Shown piece after piece: positions 18,797 to 30,166 of a DNA stretch of 64,000 nucleotides. Position 1 is the first letter of the stretch; each line of letters begins with the position of its first letter. The DNA lies in NCBI GenBank assembly GCA_016193335.1, contig JACPSK010000001.1:422962-486961 (forward strand). The letters are read 5' to 3'. The translations under genes and the position numbers were made by a program. The notes under the pieces are model-generated. The model was not told where the DNA came from. It made no database searches and saw nothing but the letters and a program-made list of their open reading frames with translations. The DNA is from Candidatus Magasanikiibacteriota bacterium (GTDB taxonomy: Bacteria > Patescibacteriota > Patescibacteriia > Magasanikbacterales > UBA922).

Positions 18797-19900
18797 TCAA
18801 TTCCAGACACCGGAGTCTGAGCTATAATCAAGAACAGAAATCTGGTTGAGCACCTCGATCCAAATCTTCCCGGCTTTCAAAGCAATATCTTGTCCATCTG
18901 CGTCAACCCAGCTTGTTTTAGACTCCAGAGATTCTTTGATCCATCTGCCTTCCACAACATAGCCATCCCTAAAAATCATTGCCGACCCAGCGCCTATCGT
19001 GTCCATTTCTTTGCGCCCTATGGCGTCTATGGTTTTTGTATTTACTCTTTGCACAATGACCGTGTCCGCGCTCATCACTGAGCCATCTTGATTCAAGTGG
19101 GGCTCTTTCATTTGGAAACGTTCGTATTTGCCTGTGGACGTATTATATTTCCACTCCACCGTGTATACAGGACTCCCAAAATTAATTTCAATGGAGCCGG
19201 CGCAATTCACTGCACAGGATTCTGTTTCAGAATAATGCCAGGAACTGCTGGTAAATTCTTTCTGGTCTTTGGCATATTGGTCAAAAGCTTTTTTCCAAAG
19301 CTTGCTCGAAGTATAAGTATTGTGCGGCGCCAATCTGTCCGAACTCCGCCAAAAATACCAGCCATGATAAAATTCGTTTATATCAAAAATGTCAGTTTCT
19401 GAAATACGAGAAAGAGCTTGGGGCGAACCTCCCACATGCATATACAATGGACGGCCATACTCAAGGAGCCAATCCAGATAATAGGGCCGAGCACTGCGCA
19501 CTGGCCCAACTTTATGTACCTCATCATCCAATAAATACAAAGCCATAAAACGCGGGATATTCCCTTCCACCGGCGCTTCATATACAATGCGCGCTTTATC
19601 AAGTCCGGATTGGGGCCAAGATTCAAAATGGTTTTCCACCATTATAGCCAAAACCTCCCGCTCTGTTTCATAAGCGGTAGCAACACAGACTCCGTCCAAA
19701 ACTCTCCGATGAACGCAGTCCTGAACTTCCAACGTGTCTGAAAGCGGCGCGGTATCATTATGATCTTGCGGAAAAAATCTTGCGTTTCCGTAAAATTGAT
19801 ACAAAAAATAGGCAAGCAGACACAGAGAAACAGAAACTATCAGCAGCCCAAGAGCATATACATAAGAAAGCTCGTCTTTCACTTTTTTTTCTTTCAACAC
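18797..19900 (-). CDS. DUF3048-like membrane-anchored protein (YerB-like), GTG start
   Basis: An N-terminal TM helix and a large extracytoplasmic domain. The DUF3048 assignment is from recall, at moderate confidence. Confidence 0.55.
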   Translation of the reverse strand: MLKEKKVKDELSYVYALGLLIVSVSLCLLAYFLYQFYGNARFFPQDHNDTAPLSDTLEVQDCVHRRVLDGVCVATAYETEREVLAIMVENHFESWPQSGLDKARIVYEAPVEGNIPRFMALYLLDDEVHKVGPVRSARPYYLDWLLEYGRPLYMHVGGSPQALSRISETDIFDINEFYHGWYFWRSSDRLAPHNTYTSSKLWKKAFDQYAKDQKEFTSSSWHYSETESCAVNCAGSIEINFGSPVYTVEWKYNTSTGKYERFQMKEPHLNQDGSVMSADTVIVQRVNTKTIDAIGRKEMDTIGAGSAMIFRDGYVVEGRWIKESLESKTSWVDADGQDIALKAGKIWIEVLNQISVLDYSSDSGVWN

Positions 19901-20014
19901 AGTGTGATTTTTATCCCCTCCTTTACTAAGGAGGGGGTGTAGGGTGTGGTTGTATGGAGCTTAGAGGGATATTTGTATGATGAAATCATGGGATTCTGTC
20001 TATACTAACAAATT

Positions 20015-20046
20015 ATAAGCCAAACATAAAGGCGCCGGACAAGCGG
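20015..20046 (-). terminator. intrinsic terminator downstream of rplY (bidirectional shape)
   Basis: aaaggcgccg-gacaa-gcggcgccttt. Confidence 0.5.
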
Positions 20047-20068
20047 CGCCTTTATGTTTTGTATGTAT

Positions 20069-20755
20069 TTATTTCTTTGTTTCTTTATTTGCTTCTGCTT
20101 CAGCGGGGGCTCCTTCTTCTTCAGCTTTCTTTTCTTTGCCAGCCACTTCTATCTGATCAAGACTCGCCGGTTTCACTTCTTCCATAGCCTTCAGTTGCTC
20201 TTCACTGAGCGGAGCTTCCACAGCCACAACCATGGTTTCCAAATCACCCATAATAGTGATAGTGGACGGAATCCTCAAATCTTTTACTTTAATCACATCA
20301 TTAAAAGTTTTCAAAACCGATACATCAACATCTATATGACTCACCAGATCCTTGGGCAGACATTTTATATCCACATGAGTGAGATTTTCCACCAAAGTCC
20401 CTCCAAGCTCCTTTACCGCGAGCGACTCACCCAAAATTTTAAGCTCTACCGTCGCCGTCATGGCTTCTCCCATTTTAATTTGCTTAAAATCAGCATGCAA
20501 AACTTTTCCTTTGGCAGGATCATATTGCACGTCTTGGATAAGAACTTTTACCGGCTCTTTTTCTCCCTCCACCTGAAAATCGATAAGAGTAGCTTCTCCC
20601 ATCTGATCGTAGAGTTTTTCAAATACAGAAGTCTCAATGCTTATATGCGCGGAACCCTGTCTATCTCCCCCGTATACCACCGCCGGAATAAAACCACTGG
20701 CCCGCAGTTCCGTGGGCTTTACGTCTTCCCGTCTTTTTACCGTGACTAATGCCAT
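20069..20755 (-). CDS. rplY: 50S ribosomal protein L25 / general stress protein Ctc
   Basis: An L25 N-terminal domain (RASGFIPAVVYG) plus a Ctc-type C-terminal extension ending in a charged tail. Confidence 0.85.
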   Translation of the reverse strand: MALVTVKRREDVKPTELRASGFIPAVVYGGDRQGSAHISIETSVFEKLYDQMGEATLIDFQVEGEKEPVKVLIQDVQYDPAKGKVLHADFKQIKMGEAMTATVELKILGESLAVKELGGTLVENLTHVDIKCLPKDLVSHIDVDVSVLKTFNDVIKVKDLRIPSTITIMGDLETMVVAVEAPLSEEQLKAMEEVKPASLDQIEVAGKEKKAEEEGAPAEAEANKETKK

Positions 20756-20761
20756 ATCTCT

Positions 20762-21115
20762 TTATTTATTGATAAAAAATTTAGCTAAGCTCTGGTTATG
20801 GATAACGTTATAAAATTCGAGTAATTCATCTTCACTGAGAGACCCCCTGCTCCGAGCTCGGAGCATATCTTGCCTGCTCAAATCAGTTATCATGCCCACC
20901 AAGCCCATCCCAACGAGCGTAGGACCGAGCCAGGCAAGCATAGAGTGTTTGCAATGAGGACACTGTATATGCAATAAGCTCACTTCATCTTGCCTATCAA
21001 TGAGAGTGATATCTTTATCGTGATACTCTTTCGCGCATACTCCGCAAGTCCGGAGAATCTTTGGCTGCTGAGCCGAAGACCCGAGGACGCCAACATTTGA
21101 TATGTCTTCTATCAT
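20762..21115 (-). CDS. hypothetical zinc-ribbon protein (CxxC…CxxC)
   Basis: CGVCAKEY … CPHCKHS. Confidence 0.4.
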   Translation of the reverse strand: MIEDISNVGVLGSSAQQPKILRTCGVCAKEYHDKDITLIDRQDEVSLLHIQCPHCKHSMLAWLGPTLVGMGLVGMITDLSRQDMLRARSRGSLSEDELLEFYNVIHNQSLAKFFINK

Positions 21116-21237
21116 ATATCTTGCAAAGAGTGAATAACACTATAGGCAATACGGCAAAAAATGTCAATAGGACAATCCTTCAATCCGATACCGAAACCTT
21201 ATATATTTTTAGTATACCTCAAACGTATAAAATAATC

Positions 21238-22341
21238 CTAAAATTGTGTGGACGAACGAAGCGCGCTTTGCGCTATACCAATCAACAAGCAGTTAATAAG
21301 TAAAGACGAACCCCCATAACTGACAAAAGGCAAGGTAACTCCTGTAACAGGCAGCATACCTATGGCAGCGCCTATATTTACCAAGAGCTGGAGCAAAAAC
21401 ATGAGAGCTATCCCCAAAACCGTGTAGGCGCCAAAATCACTCCGGCAGATCCGGGCGCTATGCACAAGACGCCAAAGAAGCACGGAATACACCAGCAAAA
21501 GAAGCAAAGCGCCCATAAAACCAAGTTCTTCTCCAATCACAGAAAAAATAAAGTCAGTCTGAGCCTCAGGCAAAAAATGCAATTGGCTTTGAGAACCAAA
21601 ACCAAGACCCCGGCCAAGCCATTTTCCAGACCCCACCGCGATAATTGATTGGCTTACATTATAGCCGGCGCCCAAAGGATCGCGTTCAGGATTCAAAAAT
21701 GTCAACAAACGTTCCTTCTGATAATCCTGGAAGAAAAAAAACCATCCCAATACCATGGCCAACACTACAAAACCGACCAAGGAAACAATATAGCGTTTCT
21801 TTGTTCTCGAAACCAAGAGCAAAGAAAACCAAATACCGGCGAGAATTGCCGCTGAACCGAGATCCGGCTGAGCAATGATAAGCCCAACCAAGAGAAAAGT
21901 CATAAAACCCGTGGCAAGGACAAACTGCCACCGGTCAAACCTCCGCCCCTGTCTTTCTATGCGCCAGCCCAAAAACAATATCAAAGCGAGTTTAGCAAAC
22001 TCAGCCGGCTGAAAGGAAAAGCCGGCGACACGAAACCAACCTGTTGTGCCGCGTATCGTCTGCCCAAAAAACAAAACAAGCACCAGGAGAAAAAACGCAG
22101 ACAGGTAAGCCAAAAGGGCTTGTGATTCAAAAAAGGAAATATGAACAAAACCAAGAACCAAAATAGCCAAAAAACCCAAAGACAGAGCCAAAAGCTGAGT
22201 CGGAAAAAAAATAAGATCCTCTCCCCGAGACAGATCCACGCTGTATATGGCGGCCATACCCACCATGCTCAGAATCAAGACAGCGGCCACCAATATCCAG
22301 TCGAAGCTTCGCAAACCCAATCCAATGTGTGTAGAGCGGGA
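21238..22341 (-). CDS. SEDS family peptidoglycan glycosyltransferase (RodA/FtsW)
   Basis: Polytopic; the start is taken at MSRSTHIG. Confidence 0.8.
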   Translation of the reverse strand, partial: SRSTHIGLGLRSFDWILVAAVLILSMVGMAAIYSVDLSRGEDLIFFPTQLLALSLGFLAILVLGFVHISFFESQALLAYLSAFFLLVLVLFFGQTIRGTTGWFRVAGFSFQPAEFAKLALILFLGWRIERQGRRFDRWQFVLATGFMTFLLVGLIIAQPDLGSAAILAGIWFSLLLVSRTKKRYIVSLVGFVVLAMVLGWFFFFQDYQKERLLTFLNPERDPLGAGYNVSQSIIAVGSGKWLGRGLGFGSQSQLHFLPEAQTDFIFSVIGEELGFMGALLLLLVYSVLLWRLVHSARICRSDFGAYTVLGIALMFLLQLLVNIGAAIGMLPVTGVTLPFVSYGGSSLLINCLLIGIAQSALRSSTQF

Positions 22342-22387
22342 CATGAAAAAAAGACAAATGTCGTGTTGTTGTAACCGCGTCACTCCG

Positions 22388-23320
22388 CTACAAGCCGGGC
22401 GGTATGTAAACGTTTGTATCAAATATATCGAGTTCAGGCAATACTTCAAGCTCGGTTACTCGCAAAGATTCGGCCAAAGATTTAATTTCCACTTTACGCG
22501 TTTCTCCGCTTTTAAAGCGATCTATCTCCACGCGGGCAATCCCCACCGGTGTTCTGTTATCTTTATACATAACATAAAAATAGGGCTGCCAATAACCGTA
22601 CACGCTATTATTCTTGATATCGAAACTGACCGTATGGACAAAAATGCCTTCGCTCTTCCGAGCGGGAAGAAACTCAAAGCTGTTGACTTCAAAATTGACG
22701 CGTTCTTGGATGTATGCCACAGGATTTGAAACCGCATGAGGGTCTATCCTTTGCCATTTTATGTCCAAAATTTCAACTCGAAGTCCGCTCGGATAACTGG
22801 CGGCTGTTTCTCCCAAACGAGTCATCACCAGTTCGCTGAGCGGCAGTACGAGAATATTTCCAGTCCCCGTCTTCCCTCCGCTGTAAAAAAATTGATAGCT
22901 CACCAGGGCTTTCCATATTCTGTTTGGGTTGCTCACCCGAGCGGCGAAATCATATTTTCCGGGACCGTCATCAAAAACCGCCACACTCTTAATCTCCAAA
23001 TCTCTGGGCGCGCTACGAGCCAGATAGCGCTGTGTCTCGGCGTTTGGACGGGTTAAATCGTAGAGGAGCTGTTCGGTGCGAGTGTAATCGAAAAAAAAAT
23101 ATTTGCCCCATCCATATATATTAAAAGTAACCAAAAAAACGTTGAGAGTCACCAAAAACCAAACCAGGGTTTTTCCAAGCCTTGTTTGGTGTTTTAGATA
23201 CCATTCTGCCAGGGTCAAGCTTCTATTGCTAAAAGTGCCGCTCGTGTCGAGGTATTCTTTCAAATTCGGTTTTTTACGCGCCCCTTCTTCTTTTTTCTTA
23301 AACAAAAAATTCTCAAGCAT
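22388..23320 (-). CDS. hypothetical membrane-anchored protein
   Basis: ORF with one N-terminal TM helix (LVWFLVTLNVFLVTF). No family recognised. Confidence 0.4.
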   Translation of the reverse strand: MLENFLFKKKEEGARKKPNLKEYLDTSGTFSNRSLTLAEWYLKHQTRLGKTLVWFLVTLNVFLVTFNIYGWGKYFFFDYTRTEQLLYDLTRPNAETQRYLARSAPRDLEIKSVAVFDDGPGKYDFAARVSNPNRIWKALVSYQFFYSGGKTGTGNILVLPLSELVMTRLGETAASYPSGLRVEILDIKWQRIDPHAVSNPVAYIQERVNFEVNSFEFLPARKSEGIFVHTVSFDIKNNSVYGYWQPYFYVMYKDNRTPVGIARVEIDRFKSGETRKVEIKSLAESLRVTELEVLPELDIFDTNVYIPPGL

Positions 23321-23361
23321 ATGCGTACAGTATACCAGAAAGGCAAGGAAGCATTAAGACC

Positions 23362-25577
<2,216 letters not shown>

Positions 25578-25656
25578 AATATTTCCATTCCATTGCATGG
25601 AAGCCTTTGCTTAACATTCAATGGAATGGAAGAGTTCGTATTGGCGAACTCTTTAA

Positions 25657-25992
25657 TCAAGGGCTTGCGGCCGCGGTCTCCTCGAGAGGGGGCCCGCAGA
25701 CCAACACCTGCGTGCCGTAGCTCATGCGGCGCGCGGAGCCCTCATCGAGACCATTGCAGGCCAAGGTGTGAGGCAAGGTAGCCCCCCGGGACCGGTACTG
25801 GTCCACTCGGGTGGCAACCCGCTCCCCGTCGGTCAGACGGACATTCTCCTCGATCACTCGCCAGGAGTTGGGGATCTCTTGGCGAGGAGCCTCAACGGGC
25901 TCTGCGATGGCCCCCCTCCAGGCGAGGACCGCCCAAACCCAAACACCTACAATACAAAGTCCGAAAACGAACCAGCCAATCAATCTCTTCAT
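25657..25992 (-). CDS. hypothetical small protein with an N-terminal signal/anchor, in a GC-rich island
   Basis: MKRLIGWFVFGLCIVGVWVWAVLA…. There is a GGAGAG RBS 4 nt before the ATG, and third codon positions are G/C-rich. The 3' end runs through a NotI-SacII-XhoI-ApaI site cluster. Confidence 0.45.
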   Translation of the reverse strand: MKRLIGWFVFGLCIVGVWVWAVLAWRGAIAEPVEAPRQEIPNSWRVIEENVRLTDGERVATRVDQYRSRGATLPHTLACNGLDEGSARRMSYGTQVLVCGPPLEETAAASP

Positions 25993-26087
25993 GTGCCTCT
26001 CCTATGTTGCCCTCATACATTCTCGCAAGAATACATAAAGGCCACATAGGATACAAAAACAACTCAACATAGCATATTTATCCACTT

Positions 26088-26103
26088 TTGTCAAGCTTGA
26101 CAA
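26088..26103. promoter_or_regulatory. perfect 16-bp palindrome TTGTCAAGCTTGACAA overlapping the -35 of the secE-nusG promoter; candidate operator
   Basis: Read directly. TATAAT lies at 26109-26114 and TATAGT at 26120-26125. A DnaA-box-like tttatccac lies at 26077-26085. Confidence 0.4.
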
Positions 26104-26167
26104 TATCATATAATGAAGCTATAGTGTAAGCATCAATCGGCCACAGGCCGTTTTTAAATACAAAAAT

Positions 26168-26359
26168 ATGGCTTTATTCGGCAAAATTTCTCTTTATCTT
26201 AAAGAATCGATCTTAGAGCTCAAAAAAGTGGTCTGGCCGAGCAGAACACAGACCATCAACCTTTCTATAGTGGTAATCGCCATGAGCATAGGCGTGGCTG
26301 TATTTTTTGCGGTTCTCGACAATGTATTTAATCTGGGAGTTGAATATCTGATCAAATAA
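26168..26359 (+). CDS. secE: preprotein translocase subunit SecE
   Basis: 63 aa with a single TM helix; immediately upstream of nusG-rplK. Confidence 0.8.
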   Translation: MALFGKISLYLKESILELKKVVWPSRTQTINLSIVVIAMSIGVAVFFAVLDNVFNLGVEYLIK

Positions 26360-26410
26360 GACCAGCCTCTGGACGCTTGGCGCGGCCCGGCTTCCGAATC
26401 CTATAAAACT

Positions 26411-26956
26411 ATGGCAAAACAAAACCCAAACTTAGGCAAACGCTGGTACGTGATTCACACGTATAGCGGTTACGAAGAAAACGTAAAACAAAACCTGGAA
26501 CAGCGCATCGAATCTTTTGATATGCAGCACAAAATTTTCAGTGTTTTGGTTCCCAAAGAAAAAAAGATAAAGATAAAAAACGGGAAACGGACTTCTGTGG
26601 AAGAAAAAATATTCCCCGGCTACGTGCTGGTGGAAATGATTGTAACCGACGACTCTTGGTACGTGGTCCGAAACACTCCCAATGTAACTGGTTTCGTGGG
26701 CGCCGGCACGGTTCCAACTCCCATTGACTTAAAAGAAGTTCAATCTCTGATGGAAAGAATGACTGCGGAAGAACCCACGCACAAGATAGATGTGGAAGTG
26801 AATTCCCCTGTCCGTATCAGTGACGGCCCTTTCAAAAATTTTGAAGGCAAAGTGAGCGCTGTTGATGAAAATAGAGGCAAAATAAAAGTGATGGTAAACA
26901 TGTTCGGACGAGAAACACCGGTGGAGCTTGATGCTTTGCAAGTAAAAAAAATATAA
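26411..26956 (+). CDS. nusG: transcription termination/antitermination factor NusG
   Basis: RWYVIHTYSGYEENV (NGN) and a KOW-type C-terminus. Confidence 0.9.
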   Translation: MAKQNPNLGKRWYVIHTYSGYEENVKQNLEQRIESFDMQHKIFSVLVPKEKKIKIKNGKRTSVEEKIFPGYVLVEMIVTDDSWYVVRNTPNVTGFVGAGTVPTPIDLKEVQSLMERMTAEEPTHKIDVEVNSPVRISDGPFKNFEGKVSAVDENRGKIKVMVNMFGRETPVELDALQVKKI

Positions 26957-27085
26957 GATGGGTTCAAACTAAATGAGGCGGATGGATCCCCTGGGGATCG
27001 CTTCTCTTCCGCTCTCAACAAAAGCTACCCTTAATTATCATAATAGTGACTATTAACACCGATCAAATATCGCTACACAAAAAAT

Positions 27086-27511
27086 ATGGCAAAAAAACTG
27101 ACAACTCAAATTAAATTGCAAATTACCGGCGGAGCGGCCAACCCGGCGCCTCCGGTAGGACCGGCTTTGGGCCAGCATGGGCTCAACATTCAAGATTTCT
27201 GCGGCAAGTTCAACAGCGCGACCGCCGACCGCAAGGGCGAGATCGTTCCCGTGGTTATCAATGTCTATGATGATAGAACTTTTGATTTCATCACCAAAGT
27301 CGCGCCGGCCAGCGAACTTATAAAACAAGCCGCTGGAATAAAAAAAGGCGCGGGGAATCCGCTCAAAGATAAAGTGGGATCGATCAACAAAAAACAATTG
27401 CGCGAAATCGCGGAGAAAAAAATGTCCGACCTCAACGCCCATGATGTGGAAGCGGCTATGAAAAGTATCGCCGGAACAGCGCGTCAGATGGGCGTAAAAG
27501 TGGAAGAATAA
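27086..27511 (+). CDS. rplK: 50S ribosomal protein L11
   Basis: [32 protein letters not shown]. Confidence 0.95.
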   Translation: MAKKLTTQIKLQITGGAANPAPPVGPALGQHGLNIQDFCGKFNSATADRKGEIVPVVINVYDDRTFDFITKVAPASELIKQAAGIKKGAGNPLKDKVGSINKKQLREIAEKKMSDLNAHDVEAAMKSIAGTARQMGVKVEE

Positions 27512-27678
27512 ACAGGGCCTTGTGGGTCATGGATTCATCACCAAGCAGATCTTGCATGAGCAGGGCCTTAAAAAGGTCCTGTTTTTTGTACAAGTCTATC
27601 CCCCGGCTTGGCTTTCCGCCTTTTGCCCTTTTTGATATAATCCAGCCGCTCTCGCACCCATATTTTAACAATTTTTAT

Positions 27679-28695
27679 ATGCTCAAAAACAAACCGATCT
27701 GCGCGATGTACAACAGCCTGACTCCGGATCTTTCGGGATATATCAAAAAAAAACTTCCCGCCGTGTCTTTCCAGGTTTTTAGCGAGGCCATAAACAAAAA
27801 AAACATTTTGAGACGAACCGAAATTTTGGGCATTTTCGTAGACTCCAAAATAGACAAAGCGGTATTTTCACAAATGCCGTCTCTGCGTTTTATCGCAACT
27901 TTTTCTACCGGTTTTGACCACATAGACCTCAAAGAAGCCCAAAAACGCGGTGTGATTGTCTCCAATGTGCCCAAGTACGGCGAACAAACCGTGGCCCAAC
28001 ATGCCCTGGCTCTCATGCTTGCACTTTCGAGAAAACTTTTTCAATCCGTAAAGAGGGTGAAAGAAGGAGTTTATGATTTCCACGGTCTGAGAGGTTTTGA
28101 CATGGAGGGAAAAACAATAGGCATTATAGGCACGGGAAATATAGGCATTCAACTCATCAAGATGCTCCGAGGGTTTGACCTGCGCGTGCTTGCTTATGAT
28201 GTAAAAAAAAACATGAAAGCCGCGAAAGAATACAAATTCGCTTATACGTCTTTTGAAAAACTCTTATCCGAATCCGACATCATCTCTTTTCATGCTCCCT
28301 TGCTTGAATCAACATATCATTTGATACACAAACAAAATATCAAAAAACTTAAAAAGGGGGTCATTATCATAAACACGGCTCGAGGCGGGCTTATAGACCC
28401 GGAAGCTCTGCTATTGGGATTGGAGCAAGGGAAAATCGCGGGAGCGGGCCTTGATGTTTTGGAAGAAGAAGACGCTTTGCGCGATGCCGAACGACTTATA
28501 TACAGCGAGCATAAAGACAGACTCATCCGCACCAGTCTTATGAACAATCTACTTATAGACCATCCGAACACTATTGTAACGCCTCACAATGCTTTCAACA
28601 GCCATGAGTCTGTGAAACGTATTCTCGATACCTCGGCAGAAAATATATGCGCCTTTATGAAAGGCAAGCCCCAGAATCAAGTTTTGGTGTCTTAG
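27679..28695 (+). CDS. D-isomer-specific 2-hydroxyacid dehydrogenase (D-lactate dehydrogenase-like)
   Basis: GIIGTGNIG (NAD-binding) and a catalytic His (TPHNAF). The start is uncertain (27679 or 27706). It is inserted between rplK and rplA. Confidence 0.8.
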   Translation: MLKNKPICAMYNSLTPDLSGYIKKKLPAVSFQVFSEAINKKNILRRTEILGIFVDSKIDKAVFSQMPSLRFIATFSTGFDHIDLKEAQKRGVIVSNVPKYGEQTVAQHALALMLALSRKLFQSVKRVKEGVYDFHGLRGFDMEGKTIGIIGTGNIGIQLIKMLRGFDLRVLAYDVKKNMKAAKEYKFAYTSFEKLLSESDIISFHAPLLESTYHLIHKQNIKKLKKGVIIINTARGGLIDPEALLLGLEQGKIAGAGLDVLEEEDALRDAERLIYSEHKDRLIRTSLMNNLLIDHPNTIVTPHNAFNSHESVKRILDTSAENICAFMKGKPQNQVLVS

Positions 28696-28719
28696 GCAGT
28701 GCGCTCTCTAAAATGCGCC

Positions 28720-28748
28720 TTGACAGGGGCCGACATATCGGGTATAAA
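28720..28748 (+). promoter_or_regulatory. promoter TTGACA-17-TATAAA for rplA; the structured leader that follows (28757-28837) may be an L1 autoregulatory site
   Basis: Motif read from the sequence. The leader contains agtgggacctcgaccactcgagggttatcaccact with nested inverted repeats. Confidence 0.45.
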
Positions 28749-28837
28749 TATAGCTGTTTTATCTTAGTGGGACCTCGACCACTCGAGGGTTATCACCACT
28801 CAAGGCGTCCCAAAAAAAGACGTCTGAAAATACAGAT

Positions 28838-29518
28838 ATGTCAAAACGGATGAAAGACCTAAGGACCAAGGTCGACAAAACAAAGGTCTATACGCTCGAT
28901 GAAGCCCTGCGATTGGTTAAAGAAACCAGCAATGTGAAATTCGACGCCAGTGTGGAAGTACACGTACGTCTGGGCATCAACACCAAAAAAAGCGACCAAC
29001 AAATTCGATCCACCGTAAGTCTGCCCAGTGGCAGCGGCAAAACGAAACGCGTCGCCGCCTTTGTGGGCCCAAACGACGAAAAAATGGCCAAAGAAGCCGG
29101 AGCGGATAGAGTGCTTGGAGAAGAGGATATAAAGACCCTAAAAGACGGAGCGAAAATCGATTTCGACGTAGCGGTGGCCACTCCTGAAATGATGCCAAAA
29201 CTGGCGATGGCGGCCAAAATACTCGGCCCCAAAGGTCTGATGCCGAACCCAAAAACAGAGACCGTAGGGACAGACATAAAAAAAATGGTAGAAAGCCTTA
29301 AAAAAGGGAAACTCGCTTTCAAAAATGATGAGGGCGGCAATGTGCATGTGGCTATAGGTAAAGTAAGTTTTAATGAAAACGCCCTGAAAGAAAACTACAC
29401 CGCCTTCATGGATGTATTGAAAAAAATAAAACCAAGTTCAAGCAAAGGAATCTATATCAAACAGGTGTATCTGACCACTTCAATGGGGCCGAGCATAAAA
29501 ATGGAAAAACCCGAATAA
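28838..29518 (+). CDS. rplA: 50S ribosomal protein L1
   Basis: Full-length L1. There is no rplJ/rplL/rpoB downstream. Confidence 0.95.
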   Translation: MSKRMKDLRTKVDKTKVYTLDEALRLVKETSNVKFDASVEVHVRLGINTKKSDQQIRSTVSLPSGSGKTKRVAAFVGPNDEKMAKEAGADRVLGEEDIKTLKDGAKIDFDVAVATPEMMPKLAMAAKILGPKGLMPNPKTETVGTDIKKMVESLKKGKLAFKNDEGGNVHVAIGKVSFNENALKENYTAFMDVLKKIKPSSSKGIYIKQVYLTTSMGPSIKMEKPE

Positions 29519-29523
29519 ACCAC

Positions 29524-29556
29524 AAAAAATCCTCTTAAATAAGAGGATTTTTTAAT
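29524..29556 (+). terminator. intrinsic terminator after rplA
   Basis: atcctctta-aa-taagaggat followed by tttttt. Confidence 0.6.
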
Positions 29557-29600
29557 TTGCCTCGCTTGTTCTTTTTTGATATACTTTTTTTATAATTTCT

Positions 29601-30068
29601 ATGGTCCAACATCGCACAAACTATATATCTTGGGATGAATGTTTCATGCGCATGGCGCATGTGATTGCCGAACGTTCCAAAGACCCATCCACTCAGGCGG
29701 GGGCCGTAGTAGCCAATCAAAGAAACGTGGTATTGGGGCTGGGATACAACGGCTTCCCGAGAGGCATACCGGAAGATCAATTTCCATGGGAACGAGAAGG
29801 AAGTCTGGTAAACACAAAATACGCCTATGTCTGTCACGCCGAAGAAAACGCGATATACAATTCAAACAATACCACGGCAGACTGTAAAATCTATTGTACC
29901 TTGTTCCCCTGCAACGAATGCGCCAAAACCATAATCCAAAACGGCATACGAGAAGTTATCTACGAAAGCGACAAATACCATGATATCGAAGCTTTTGTGG
30001 CCTCCCGCCGTTTATTCGACGCGGCCGGTATCAACTACAGACAATATCAATCCGAGTGGACACCATAA
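29601..30068 (+). CDS. dCMP deaminase (cytidine/deoxycytidylate deaminase family)
   Basis: HAEENAI and PCNECAK (zinc-binding). Confidence 0.85.
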   Translation: MVQHRTNYISWDECFMRMAHVIAERSKDPSTQAGAVVANQRNVVLGLGYNGFPRGIPEDQFPWEREGSLVNTKYAYVCHAEENAIYNSNNTTADCKIYCTLFPCNECAKTIIQNGIREVIYESDKYHDIEAFVASRRLFDAAGINYRQYQSEWTP

Positions 30069-30166
30069 ACAGGGTCAAGCTCGGCACGAAACATAATCAG
30101 TACAAACACCCGGGCATCTTTGATTAGAGCCCATCTCAAAAATCCGACACGATAAGACAAACATAC

